Source of the DNA: an uncultured Rickettsia sp.
GTDB taxonomy: Bacteria > Pseudomonadota > Alphaproteobacteria > Rickettsiales > UBA1997
Reading direction: 5' to 3'
NCBI GenBank assembly: GCA_964505265.1
Contig: CAZDGN010000004.1
Location: 1,515-65,514 of the forward strand
Length of the DNA: 64,000 nt
In this document: positions 17,994 to 27,066 of the stretch, one piece after another
How the letters are laid out: every line of letters starts with the position of its first letter
How positions within the stretch are numbered: position 1 is the first letter of the stretch
Position numbers and translations under genes: made by a program
Notes under the pieces: model-generated
The model's input: the letters and a program-made list of their open reading frames with translations, nothing else
The model's database searches: none
What the model was told of the DNA's origin: nothing

Positions 17994-19444
17994 TAACTTT
18001 CTTTTTTTGGCAGTTGTTTGAAAGCTTCAAGAGCCTTATGCCTTGATTCTTCGATATTTACAATTGGATGAGGATAGGTTTCGCCTAAAATTATCCCAGC
18101 TTTTTGTAAAATTTCGCTTGAGGCTTCCCACGGCTTATACAAATATTTACTTGGCAAATTTTTTAATTCAGGCACATATTTTTTGGTATATGCGCCATCT
18201 TCATCAAATTTTTCTCCTTGCAAAACTGGATTGAAAATTCGAAAATACGGAGCCGCATCAGCACCGCTTCCAGCTACCCATTGCCAACTTGCCACATTAC
18301 TTGCCAAATCGGCATCAACCAAACAATCAAAAAACCAATCCTCGCCAACTCGCCAATCAATTAGTAAATTTTTTACTAAAAACGAACCAACAATCATACG
18401 CACGCGATTATGCATATAGCCAGTTTGCCAAAGTTCACGCATACCAGCATCAACTATTGGATAACCCGTTTTCCCTTGTTGCCAAGCCTTGAGATATTTG
18501 GCATTATATTGCCATGAAAAATTATCGAATTTTTCATTAAGATTTTTTTTGGTAATTTTTGGAAAATGATAAAGCAAATAATATGAAAATTCTCGCCAAC
18601 CAAGTTCACTTAAGAAGTGATCTAAGTTTTTTTCACCTGTTTTTTCTTGATAATTTTCTTGTGTATAATACCAAATTTGTTGAGGTGAAATTTCGCCAAA
18701 ATGCAGGTGGGGCGAGAGTTGCGAGACTTTTTTTAAATTTGGAAAATCTCGACCAATTTTATAATTACTCAAATCATTTTTTACAAAATTTTGCATTTTT
18801 TTATAAGCATTTTCTTCGCCGATATGCCAATATTCTTGCATAATTTTGTCCCATTTGATTTTGGGTAAAAGCTTTAAATCGGCAAGCACAAGTGAATTGA
18901 CCTTGTCGTGATATAAATTCAAATCGCTTGGCGTTTGTGTTGGTTTTTTTGGAGGCAAAGCATTGAGCAAGCAACCTTTACGATAAAAGTGAGTGAAAAC
19001 CTTGTAGGGGGTTTTATCATCCTTTAAAACTTCAAGAGGTTCCCAAAGAAGCGAACCGTTAAAACTTTCAACTTGCAGGTTTTTCTCTCTAAAATGTTTT
19101 TTTATTTCAGTATCTTTTTTTATCAAAAGCGGTTCATATCTTCGGTTCCAAAATATTGCCTCGACCTCATGATTTTTGATGATATTTTGTAAAATCTTTA
19201 GTGGTTCGCCTTGATAAAAATTTAATTTATTATCCAATGATTTGTTTAAAGATTGAAGCGAGTGGTGAAGCCACCATTTGCTGGCCGAGCCAATTTTTCG
19301 ACCCTCGTCAATTTCATTATCAAAAATATAAATCGGCATAATTTCGCAATTATTTTTTTTGGCGAAATCATCGCAATTATTCAAGGCGGGATTGTCGGTT
19401 AACCTCAAATCTTGGCGAAACCACATTATAATTTTTTTCTTCAT
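17993..19444 (-). CDS. phrB: Deoxyribodipyrimidine photolyase (class I CPD type)
   Basis: The N-terminus has WFRQDLRLTDNPAL. The FAD-binding C-terminal domain has GYMHNRVRMIVGSFL and SWQWVAGSGADAAPYFRIFNP. Confidence 0.9.
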   Translation of the reverse strand: MKKKIIMWFRQDLRLTDNPALNNCDDFAKKNNCEIMPIYIFDNEIDEGRKIGSASKWWLHHSLQSLNKSLDNKLNFYQGEPLKILQNIIKNHEVEAIFWNRRYEPLLIKKDTEIKKHFREKNLQVESFNGSLLWEPLEVLKDDKTPYKVFTHFYRKGCLLNALPPKKPTQTPSDLNLYHDKVNSLVLADLKLLPKIKWDKIMQEYWHIGEENAYKKMQNFVKNDLSNYKIGRDFPNLKKVSQLSPHLHFGEISPQQIWYYTQENYQEKTGEKNLDHFLSELGWREFSYYLLYHFPKITKKNLNEKFDNFSWQYNAKYLKAWQQGKTGYPIVDAGMRELWQTGYMHNRVRMIVGSFLVKNLLIDWRVGEDWFFDCLVDADLASNVASWQWVAGSGADAAPYFRIFNPVLQGEKFDEDGAYTKKYVPELKNLPSKYLYKPWEASSEILQKAGIILGETYPHPIVNIEESRHKALEAFKQLPKKES

Positions 19445-19517
19445 AAATTTTGCTTGATAATTAATTATTTTATTGAAATAAATTTATATAGATTTTTTAA
19501 ATTTAAAACACCTATTT

Positions 19518-20537
19518 ATGGTTTTAAAAAACAATATTTCTAGAGTAATTGTTCCGCCCGCTTTGGCTAAAAAATTAAAGGAATTAGCAGAGAGTTTGGT
19601 TCCAGTAAATGCCAAACCGAGGAGAAATTTTAATTGGCAAGAAATTTCAAAATATCAGCCTAAATTTATTGAGATAGTTGAAAAGCATCCTGAATTTGCC
19701 CATCATTTAGCTCAAACTTTGGCTGAAAAATCTAAAATAATTTATTTGCAGGGTCTAAATTTTCCTTCGGTTGATTCAAATGTAATTCCAAAAACTATTT
19801 ACAATTCAGATTCTGAAATGATTGGCAATCGAGATGTTGCAATCTGTAAAATTTCATCATCTTTGGTGTTAGGATTGCTGGTTAATACTAATAAGAAAGG
19901 AGAAATATTTCAAACAATTTATCCAACAGAGGAATCGAAAGGAAGTAATTCAAAATTTGATGGAGATAGAGAATTGCTTTGGCATAATGATGGGTGGAAT
20001 AAGGGAGTTGATGAATTGACTATTTTGGTTGGAGTAAAAGGACATGACGCGGTAAAAACCAAAGTAATTTTGGCTGAAACCATCATCGATTATTTTAAAA
20101 AAAATGGCAAAGAAGAAGATTTGGAAAGTTTGTTTAAAATCACCACAATTGCAGAAAATAATAGTGATTTTGATTATGAATATGGCAAAATTATTGACCC
20201 CGAAACTAATGAAATAAGGTTTGCAAAATATGGTTGTTTTGGTTATCATCAAAATGATGTAAAAGTTTTAAATGCGATTAAATTATTGCAAAAATATCTT
20301 GAAGAAATTGATCCAGATTTTTCAGAGTCTTTGCAATCAGGAGATATGCTGATTTTACAAAACAAACATGGGCTTCATGCCAGAGAAACCTCACAAATTA
20401 TTGGTGAAAGTCAAAGATTGTTATTGAGATCAAGAGTAATTGATGGCGAAGTTGGTTTAAGAGCATCATTGCCAGATGGAATGGTTAGTATGGCTAGAAC
20501 TGAAGGTTTAAAAGGTAAGGAAGGGTTGGAAAAATAA
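19518..20537 (+). CDS. Putative Fe(II)/2-oxoglutarate dioxygenase (TauD/TfdA / clavaminate-synthase-like)
   Basis: It has an HxD-type motif (LLWHNDGW), a distal His (NKHGLHARE) and a following Arg (LLLRSR). The substrate is unknown. Confidence 0.45.
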   Translation: MVLKNNISRVIVPPALAKKLKELAESLVPVNAKPRRNFNWQEISKYQPKFIEIVEKHPEFAHHLAQTLAEKSKIIYLQGLNFPSVDSNVIPKTIYNSDSEMIGNRDVAICKISSSLVLGLLVNTNKKGEIFQTIYPTEESKGSNSKFDGDRELLWHNDGWNKGVDELTILVGVKGHDAVKTKVILAETIIDYFKKNGKEEDLESLFKITTIAENNSDFDYEYGKIIDPETNEIRFAKYGCFGYHQNDVKVLNAIKLLQKYLEEIDPDFSESLQSGDMLILQNKHGLHARETSQIIGESQRLLLRSRVIDGEVGLRASLPDGMVSMARTEGLKGKEGLEK

Positions 20538-20565
20538 TTTTATTTAAAAGAGTTGGTAATTATTA

Positions 20566-21549
20566 CTACTTTTGAATAACTTCTTGATTTTGGCTTTTTA
20601 AATTTTTTAAAATATTTGGCATTAATGTTTTTAATTCTCGAAGATTATTTAAGGTTTCTGGTTTGGTTTTAGCTAATGTAGCAATGACTTCGGAAGCCTC
20701 TTTTAAAGTTTCATCATCGATTTTTTCTCGATTCTCTTTTGTCCAATTTTTAATAATTTTTTTAAAATCTTCAGCCTGATATTCACATAAAGACTTAGCA
20801 TTAATTACGGTGCTTCGATGCAGAATTGCTGGGCTAAGAGCCGATCTTCAAGAGTTGGTTGCGGAGTTAACGCTACTAATAATCATAAATCCAGCTTGGG
20901 GTTTGATTGTTGAATCTTGTGGATGCTGACCTGTTAATAAAGCGTTGATGGTTTTTTCGAGTCCGCCTTCTTTAATGTGGGTATTCATCTCGTCAAAAAC
21001 TACGATTACACCTAATTCAAAAGCCTTGATTAAATTCTTTTCAATTTCTTCAATCGGCAAGCTAGCGGGGATTTTATAGTAATAATGAGCCGGAGTTTCA
21101 GGTTGAATTTCTGATTTAATTTCCTTTTCAATATTCTTTTCAATTTCTTGTAGTGATTTTGTTTCGATGATTCCTCTTTCTTGCAAAACTGCATCGATCA
21201 TCATACTTTTACCAACTCCGGAATCGCCTTCAAAAATTACTCCGCAAGTTCCTAAAAATTGAGGCGGAATTTTACCCTCTTTTTGTAATTTTCTGATTTC
21301 AATCGCGGATTGCAAATCGGCAATATTTTGTTGATTGGCTTGGGTTGCAATAAAATTAGCATTTCGAACTTGACTAAATTCAATTGGCGATATTTTTTTA
21401 ACAATTTCTTTTAAAACTTTTTCTTGTAATTCTCTAACGGTTTCTGTGGGTAAATCTTCTTTGGTTTGAGGATCGCCTTGATTTTTTTCTTTATATTTTT
21501 TTATTTCTTCGATGGTAATTTTTTTGAAATCTTCCTCAGATAATTTTGC
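20566..21549 (-). pseudogene. Remnant of an AAA_5 (MoxR/dynein-related) ATPase gene, 5'-truncated and carrying an in-frame TGA
   Basis: A single frame is open from 21549 down to the TAG at 20566-20568, interrupted only by a TGA at 20848-20850. It has Walker A (GDSGVGKS), Walker B (VVFDEMN) and an arginine-finger-like SPAILHRS after the TGA. There is no start codon upstream of the TTG at 21315, and the frame opens right beside the IS remnant that begins at 21553. Confidence 0.7.
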
Positions 21550-21552
21550 TTA

Positions 21553-21767
21553 CCACTAAAACCAAAGAGAACTCATCGAGGGAATTGCAATTCAGATTTA
21601 TTATTACAATAACAATAGAATCCAATCTGCTAAAAAAATGCCACCAACGGTTTTTTAACAAAAATTTAGTCAATAAAATTTTAAAATAAATTAATTGATC
21701 ATTCAAGTTAAAAAAATTGAATGATTTCTGTTAATCAATTTAGAAGGAAGTTTTTGTCAAAAAAAAG
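21553..21767 (+). mobile_element. IS3-family element right-end remnant, copy 1
   Basis: It encodes only the last residues of a DDE transposase (..NQRELIEGIAIQIYYYNNNRIQSAKKMPPTVF*), matching the yYNnkR(i/p)h..L...tP tail of rve-domain transposases. About 100 bp of 3' sequence follows, with the hairpin atcattcaa-N10-ttgaatgat, ending ..tttttgtca. It is 214/215 identical to 26852-27066. Confidence 0.7.
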
Positions 21768-22431
21768 GGGGGGTGAGGTTTGAGCTGGTTATCTTTAATT
21801 TAGCAAAGTCAAAAATCGCCTTTTTTTATATAACCTCACTTGTTAAGAAAATGGATTGCTAAAATTTTGATTCGCAAATGCTGTTATTTCACTTATATCC
21901 GTCACAAAAAGGAATAAAATTACTACAAATTATAATTGACTTTTTTAAATCAAAAGTCAAAATTTAATTTTATTTAATATATTTTGAATTTATTAAAAAT
22001 TATGAATAAGGACTTTGTTCAAAGAATCCTCAATATTTTTGAAATATTAGGATATATTTTTGTATTGGGATATTTAGGAAAATATTGTAAAGGATGTCAT
22101 TACTATATGGAAGATATCTTATTATTTTTATTTTTTGTAGCCTTTCTTAGAATCTGTTCAAACTACCTTTTTCAATTCAAACTGTTTAATATATTTATAT
22201 TTTTTCTTATAAAAAAAATTTGTACAAAATTATGCTATGTTTTTAAATGTATTAATTCAAAATGGTATAATTAAAAATGGGTAAGTTTTATCTTATCTCT
22301 TATGCAAATTTTAACTTTACCTCGTCATCTATTGATAATTTAGTCTTGGCGATTTTTAAAAAACAAAAATCTTATGAGTATTGCAGGCTTTTGACATAAT
22401 CAGATTTGGATAAGGAGTTATTTTTTGTCAT

Positions 22432-24366
22432 CTATTTTAACTTAGATTGAGATACAATCTTTTTTATTTCTGCAAATAATCTATCGATAGCACCACCATT
22501 ATTTTTTTCGTCATTTTTTAATTCTTCAAGTCTGTAGCGATTATTAAAGTGATCTTGCCAAGACTCGCTGGTATTAGGAGGAACAAGAACCAACAAATAA
22601 CTATTATGATATTCATGGATTATGGCTTGTTTTTTATTTCTCAAATTCTGAGTTATTGTTTTAATATCTTCTTTATCTCTTAATATCACTCTATGGATTG
22701 TATCGAGACCTTTTTCATCAAAATCAAATAATCCTATTATTGTTTTTGTTTGTATGATTTTTTGAAAATAAGGAATTATAGATAAAGCCTTTATAGCATT
22801 AGGTACATTATCTGCACAACCGCATTCAATAAATTTGTAATTTGTTAAACCTAATTCTTCTGCTTTTGTTGAAAAATATTGTTCATCATCTTTTCCTTCA
22901 ACAAATATTATCACATCTCTCGATCCTTTAATGGCACCAATCGGTCCAAGTTCTTCATCATAAACAAATTTAGGCGCAAGTTTTTCTAAAATTTTCTTTT
23001 TACCATCTTCATTTTTAGCCCACTCAATTTTATGACAACCATCTTCATTTATAATTTCACACAAGCTTTTTGGATCAACCTCTGCAACAGTTGATGGAGA
23101 ATGAGTTGTTAAAATTACCTTAATATTTTTTTCAACAAACTCCTTATTTATGGTTTTTAAATAAAGCTCGGCTAGAGCAGGATTAAGGTTGGCATCAAAT
23201 TCATCTAATATAATTAAATTAACTGCATCTTTAGAATTATCATCTTTGCAAATTACAAAATAATAACAAATTAGTTCAAAAATCATTTTTTCACCACTTG
23301 ATAAATTTTGAAAAGATATGTATTCACTATGACAATCTTTATTATGAGAATAAAATGTTAGTTCATATTTTTTTCGAGTTGGTGGATTTAATAAATATCT
23401 AAATTTTTTATCTCCAAATTCAGTATTTAGATTGGTTATTTCTTCATTGATTTGCTCCCAATAAGATCGCCCCCCCCTTCTTTTTTCATTCTTTTGATCT
23501 TCAATCTTTCTAGAAATTTTATCGATAATAGCCTCCATCGATTGAAATGGATTAATTAATTTGTAGATATATTCATCAAACTCAAAAGGGTTCGTTATTT
23601 TTGATTTATCTCTGGCTTCTTTTCTTAATTTTTTTCTAATTTCTTGATCTATTTCCCTTAAGTTAATTCTATGATTATAATCTGAATAATTGCCTATATA
23701 TTTTGGCTCATAACCCTCTCTTTCGAATATTTTCAATCCATTTTCATATTCTAGAAAAATATTTTTAAATTCTTTTTTATTTTTATTTAACCTAGAAATT
23801 TTTTGAATTCGATTTTTTATCTCTGTTTTAACATCATCTTCACGAGTAATTCCTAAAGTTTTAGCAATTACATCTTTCTGCTCTCCAGTCATTTCAAAAA
23901 GTAAGTTTGTAACTTCATATAAAAAGTCAAAACCATATTCGTAAAGATCAGAATCTTTATTAAAAAGCATATTATTAACATCTAACAAATCGCTATAATA
24001 AATTTTCTTCCTTGAGCAAAAGTGAACAAATCTTCTATTAATTTCAACCCATATATCTTCAATTGTTAAACTTTCTTGCTCAGAAAATCTTTCCCTTGAG
24101 TTTCTAAATCTTATAAATCCATCGCTTCTTCTAATCTCATTGCGAGAATTTGGGTTTGTTGTCTTAAAGAAAACTGAACTAGGTTCTTTTTCTCTCTTTT
24201 CTCTATATAAATGGCTTAAAATAGTTGTTTTTCCACTTCCATTGAGACCGGTTACTACAACCAGCTTTCTATCTTCTGGATCAAAAATTAGTTCCTTCTT
24301 AAAAAAACCTTTATATTTCGCTGGTATTGTTGTTTTAATAATGTTTGCGGGTATTTTTGTTATCAT
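22432..24366 (-). CDS. Fused ABC-type ATPase plus C-terminal Toprim-like (OLD-family / DUF4435, PARIS AriA-AriB-like) protein
   Basis: It has Walker A (GLNGSGKTT), a long charged helical insert, an ABC signature (LSSGEKM), Walker B (LIILDEFDANLNP) and an H-loop (LTTHSP). The C-terminal region has IIFVEGKDDEQYF and a DxD motif (LFDFDEKG), typical of Toprim/DUF4435 nucleases. Confidence 0.7.
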   Translation of the reverse strand: MITKIPANIIKTTIPAKYKGFFKKELIFDPEDRKLVVVTGLNGSGKTTILSHLYREKREKEPSSVFFKTTNPNSRNEIRRSDGFIRFRNSRERFSEQESLTIEDIWVEINRRFVHFCSRKKIYYSDLLDVNNMLFNKDSDLYEYGFDFLYEVTNLLFEMTGEQKDVIAKTLGITREDDVKTEIKNRIQKISRLNKNKKEFKNIFLEYENGLKIFEREGYEPKYIGNYSDYNHRINLREIDQEIRKKLRKEARDKSKITNPFEFDEYIYKLINPFQSMEAIIDKISRKIEDQKNEKRRGGRSYWEQINEEITNLNTEFGDKKFRYLLNPPTRKKYELTFYSHNKDCHSEYISFQNLSSGEKMIFELICYYFVICKDDNSKDAVNLIILDEFDANLNPALAELYLKTINKEFVEKNIKVILTTHSPSTVAEVDPKSLCEIINEDGCHKIEWAKNEDGKKKILEKLAPKFVYDEELGPIGAIKGSRDVIIFVEGKDDEQYFSTKAEELGLTNYKFIECGCADNVPNAIKALSIIPYFQKIIQTKTIIGLFDFDEKGLDTIHRVILRDKEDIKTITQNLRNKKQAIIHEYHNSYLLVLVPPNTSESWQDHFNNRYRLEELKNDEKNNGGAIDRLFAEIKKIVSQSKLK

Positions 24367-24401
24367 ATTTTTTTTTCAATTCTTGATAAAATTAACTAAT
24401 T

Positions 24402-25151
24402 TTACTTACAAATTTCATATATAAAGTTAATAATTTTATAAATTTTTGAAGACGGATTGGGATTTCTGTTTTTATGTTTCAAATGATTTTCATCTAGGTC
24501 TTGACAGTTTTTAATCGCTTGATTAATTTTCTTTTTATCAATAAATTTTTCAAACCAATTTTCATTATTTTTTTCGTAAATAAAATTTTTATTTTTGGTT
24601 TTTAAAATTTTAGAAATTTCATCTTCTACTGATTTAGAATTTTTAAATTGCTTATCGGAAAATTTTTGAAAATGATTGAGAAGCCATATTTCGTATGATG
24701 GATTAGAATCAATTATTTCAATTTCATTTGAGTATTTTTGATTTAAATCTTGTAAATTTTTCGATGAAATTATTTCTTGGTATATTTTAGAATTGCCTTG
24801 ATTCTCTTGAGGCGAAACCGCATCAACAACACAAAATATTTTATCAAATTTAATTTTTGGACTATTTCTCTCTTCATCTTTTAATTTTTTTGCTAAATCA
24901 ACAATTCCTTGCAAAGATTGATTTTTCGGGCATATTAAGGTTATTTTAATTCGTTCAAATTTGTTAATTTTTATAAAACATCTTTGTTTTTTTGATTTTG
25001 GAAAATATTTTTCAGAATCGGATTTTTTTAAATCGGAATTGTTATTTTGAAATTTTAATTCTTTTAAAAAATATTCCATATAAAAAATGAAAGATTTTTC
25101 ATCTTCAGAAATTATTAAAATATTTTTGTCAATGAATTGATTCTTTGCCAT
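24402..25151 (-). CDS. RloB-like (Toprim-related) protein
   Basis: Three blocks line up with the RloB family pattern as I remember it: ILIISEDEKSFIFY (cEGekTEpnYF position), KIFCVVDA, and SNPSYEIWLLNHF plus NPNPSSKIYKII (SNPcFElWlLlHf...nPsT). The gene starts 6 nt after the upstream ATPase gene stop. Confidence 0.6.
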   Translation of the reverse strand: MAKNQFIDKNILIISEDEKSFIFYMEYFLKELKFQNNNSDLKKSDSEKYFPKSKKQRCFIKINKFERIKITLICPKNQSLQGIVDLAKKLKDEERNSPKIKFDKIFCVVDAVSPQENQGNSKIYQEIISSKNLQDLNQKYSNEIEIIDSNPSYEIWLLNHFQKFSDKQFKNSKSVEDEISKILKTKNKNFIYEKNNENWFEKFIDKKKINQAIKNCQDLDENHLKHKNRNPNPSSKIYKIINFIYEICK

Positions 25152-25157
25152 TAAACC

Positions 25158-26462
25158 CTACTTATTTTTGCTAATAAATGGGCGGGCACCGAATTCATGA
25201 TTGCGATATCGATCACAAATATTGTCATCATTGCGAATTCCGTTAAATTGATTGAGGCTATAAAGTTGACTTGATTGCTCTTTATCATCTTTGCTAATAA
25301 ACCAAATTTGATCGCGACGAAATAAATTAATTTTTTTATCAGTCTTTTTATCGTAAATTTTATCAAGCAAAATATCATTATGTGCCGTGAAAAGCACTTG
25401 ACCATTGCCTTCATTGATGTTTTTATCATGAAACATTTTAACAATTTCGAGCAAAATATCGGGATGAAAAGAGCGATCAATTTCATCGAAAAATAATACT
25501 CCACCATTGATGAGGGTTTTAAAAATTGATGCCGAAATTGAAAATAAATTCATGGTTCCAAACGACATTTTATTGGCTTTTAACCTTGTGCCATTTGGAT
25601 TGATAAAATTTATATTTGGTTTTTTTCGCATATTTTTTTTCATCTCCTCGCTAATATCAGAATCTTCTTCGATAAATTTTGGGAGTCGAACTTCTTTAAA
25701 TTCAACCTCAATATCCTTAACATTTAAATCAAATTTTTGCAAAAGTTTGACAACTTTATCTTTATTTTTTTTGTTTTTACTAATCCAGTGAATAGTTTCA
25801 AAATATCGATCTTCATGATCAAGAATAACTTCAGCATAATTTTGCATCCAATCATAAATTGGATTCAAGAATTTATTGCCATCTTCATTGATATTGAGTG
25901 ATAAAAATAAATTATTTTGAGTATTTTCAAATAGATTTATAGCCTTGTCTTTGTGCCCTTCAAAGCTATCTTTAAATTCATGATATAATTTATTTTTCTC
26001 AAAACCAATTTCATAAATTAATTTTGGCGAAACATCGACTCCATCTTTGTAAGAGGATAATTTTTCATAATGAATTTGCGAAGAATCATAGGCGAATTCA
26101 TATAAATATCTTGTTGAATTTGAGGCGATAAAATCAATTTCAAAAATCGTTGGTTTTTGAAATTTTTTATCTAGAACAAAAGGATCAAATTCTTCAATTG
26201 CATCACCTCTTTTCCTTTTTGTTGATAAAATCATTAAACCAAAACAATACCAAGATTTTACTAAATTAGATTTACCAGAAGCATTGGAACCATAAAGAGC
26301 AATTGATTTTAATAAATTTGGCACTTGTTTATTTTTGGTAGCAAAAATATTGCTTTTTAAATGAGATTGACTTTTGCCGTGATATTTTTCGCTAACAGAA
26401 AAATTAACAGTTTGTTTGCCTTTGATTGAACGAAAATTGCTAACCGAATATGAAATCAACAT
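25158..26462 (-). CDS. AAA_21/COG1106-type ABC ATPase (RloA/AbiLi-like)
   Basis: The N-terminus is VSNFRSIKG. It has Walker A (LYGSNASGKSN), Walker B (VLFFDEIDRSFHP) and an H-loop (LFTAHN). The C-terminal RRDQIWFISKD...LYSL...YRNHEFGARP is typical of this ATPase family. Confidence 0.7.
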   Translation of the reverse strand: MLISYSVSNFRSIKGKQTVNFSVSEKYHGKSQSHLKSNIFATKNKQVPNLLKSIALYGSNASGKSNLVKSWYCFGLMILSTKRKRGDAIEEFDPFVLDKKFQKPTIFEIDFIASNSTRYLYEFAYDSSQIHYEKLSSYKDGVDVSPKLIYEIGFEKNKLYHEFKDSFEGHKDKAINLFENTQNNLFLSLNINEDGNKFLNPIYDWMQNYAEVILDHEDRYFETIHWISKNKKNKDKVVKLLQKFDLNVKDIEVEFKEVRLPKFIEEDSDISEEMKKNMRKKPNINFINPNGTRLKANKMSFGTMNLFSISASIFKTLINGGVLFFDEIDRSFHPDILLEIVKMFHDKNINEGNGQVLFTAHNDILLDKIYDKKTDKKINLFRRDQIWFISKDDKEQSSQLYSLNQFNGIRNDDNICDRYRNHEFGARPFISKNK

Positions 26463-26689
26463 AAATTTAGAAAATATTCTTTGTAATTAATTTACAAAAA
26501 ATATAAAGTATTGTGATTATTATTGCAAGAATTTTGTTGATTTTGCAATTTTTTTACAAAAATAACAAAATTTTCTACAACACAAACTTCATTAAATCAT
26601 TATTGTTTGATAATAAATCGCCTAGATGTTTATTATCATTATAAGAATTGATATTAAAATACTTGTATAGAGAATTGAAGGGAATTTAT

Positions 26690-27066
26690 TTAATTAATGA
26701 ACTTTTCAATGCAAATCAAAGGGCAATGTCCTTAAAATTTATTTCAACTCCTCCTTTTCGATCAATCAAATTGAGAAGAAATTTTATATTCCAAAAGGAA
26801 TTCTATGAATTTTTTTTCAAAAGCTAAAATTTTAGCTTGAAGATTTTATTCCCACTAAAACCAAAGAGAACTCATCGAGGGAATTGCAATTCAGATTTAC
26901 TATTACAATAACAATAGAATCCAATCTGCTAAAAAAATGCCACCAACGGTTTTTTAACAAAAATTTAGTCAATAAAATTTTAAAATAAATTAATTGATCA
27001 TTCAAGTTAAAAAAATTGAATGATTTCTGTTAATCAATTTAGAAGGAAGTTTTTGTCAAAAAAAAG
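26690..27066 (+). mobile_element. Degraded IS3-family transposase 3' region plus right end, copy 2
   Basis: The stretch 26852-27066 repeats 21553-21767. Upstream sequence still shows broken transposase-like strings (KSKGNV.., EFFFKS*NF.. compared with KGNCxDNA / ENFFxxLKxE) interrupted by stops. The left boundary is approximate. Confidence 0.55.

Noticed and set aside
20848-20850. Full genetic code 4 (UGA=Trp) as the explanation for the in-frame TGA
   Set aside because: All conserved genes in the window are intact under the standard code, and every Trp is TGG. An AT-rich code-4 genome would use TGA heavily. A nonsense mutation in a pseudogene is the simpler reading. The residual stop-usage oddity is reported as a cautious finding instead.
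21984-22274. 96-aa plus-strand ORF inside the island cargo
   Set aside because: It is Phe/Ile/Leu/Tyr-rich low-complexity sequence with a TTG start and no motif. It could be a small membrane protein, but the evidence is insufficient to call it.
25151-25791. Listed ORFs 25151-25507 (minus, other frame) and 25507-25791 (plus) within the ATPase gene
   Set aside because: These are shadow frames of the 434-aa ATPase gene, whose Walker motifs define the real frame.
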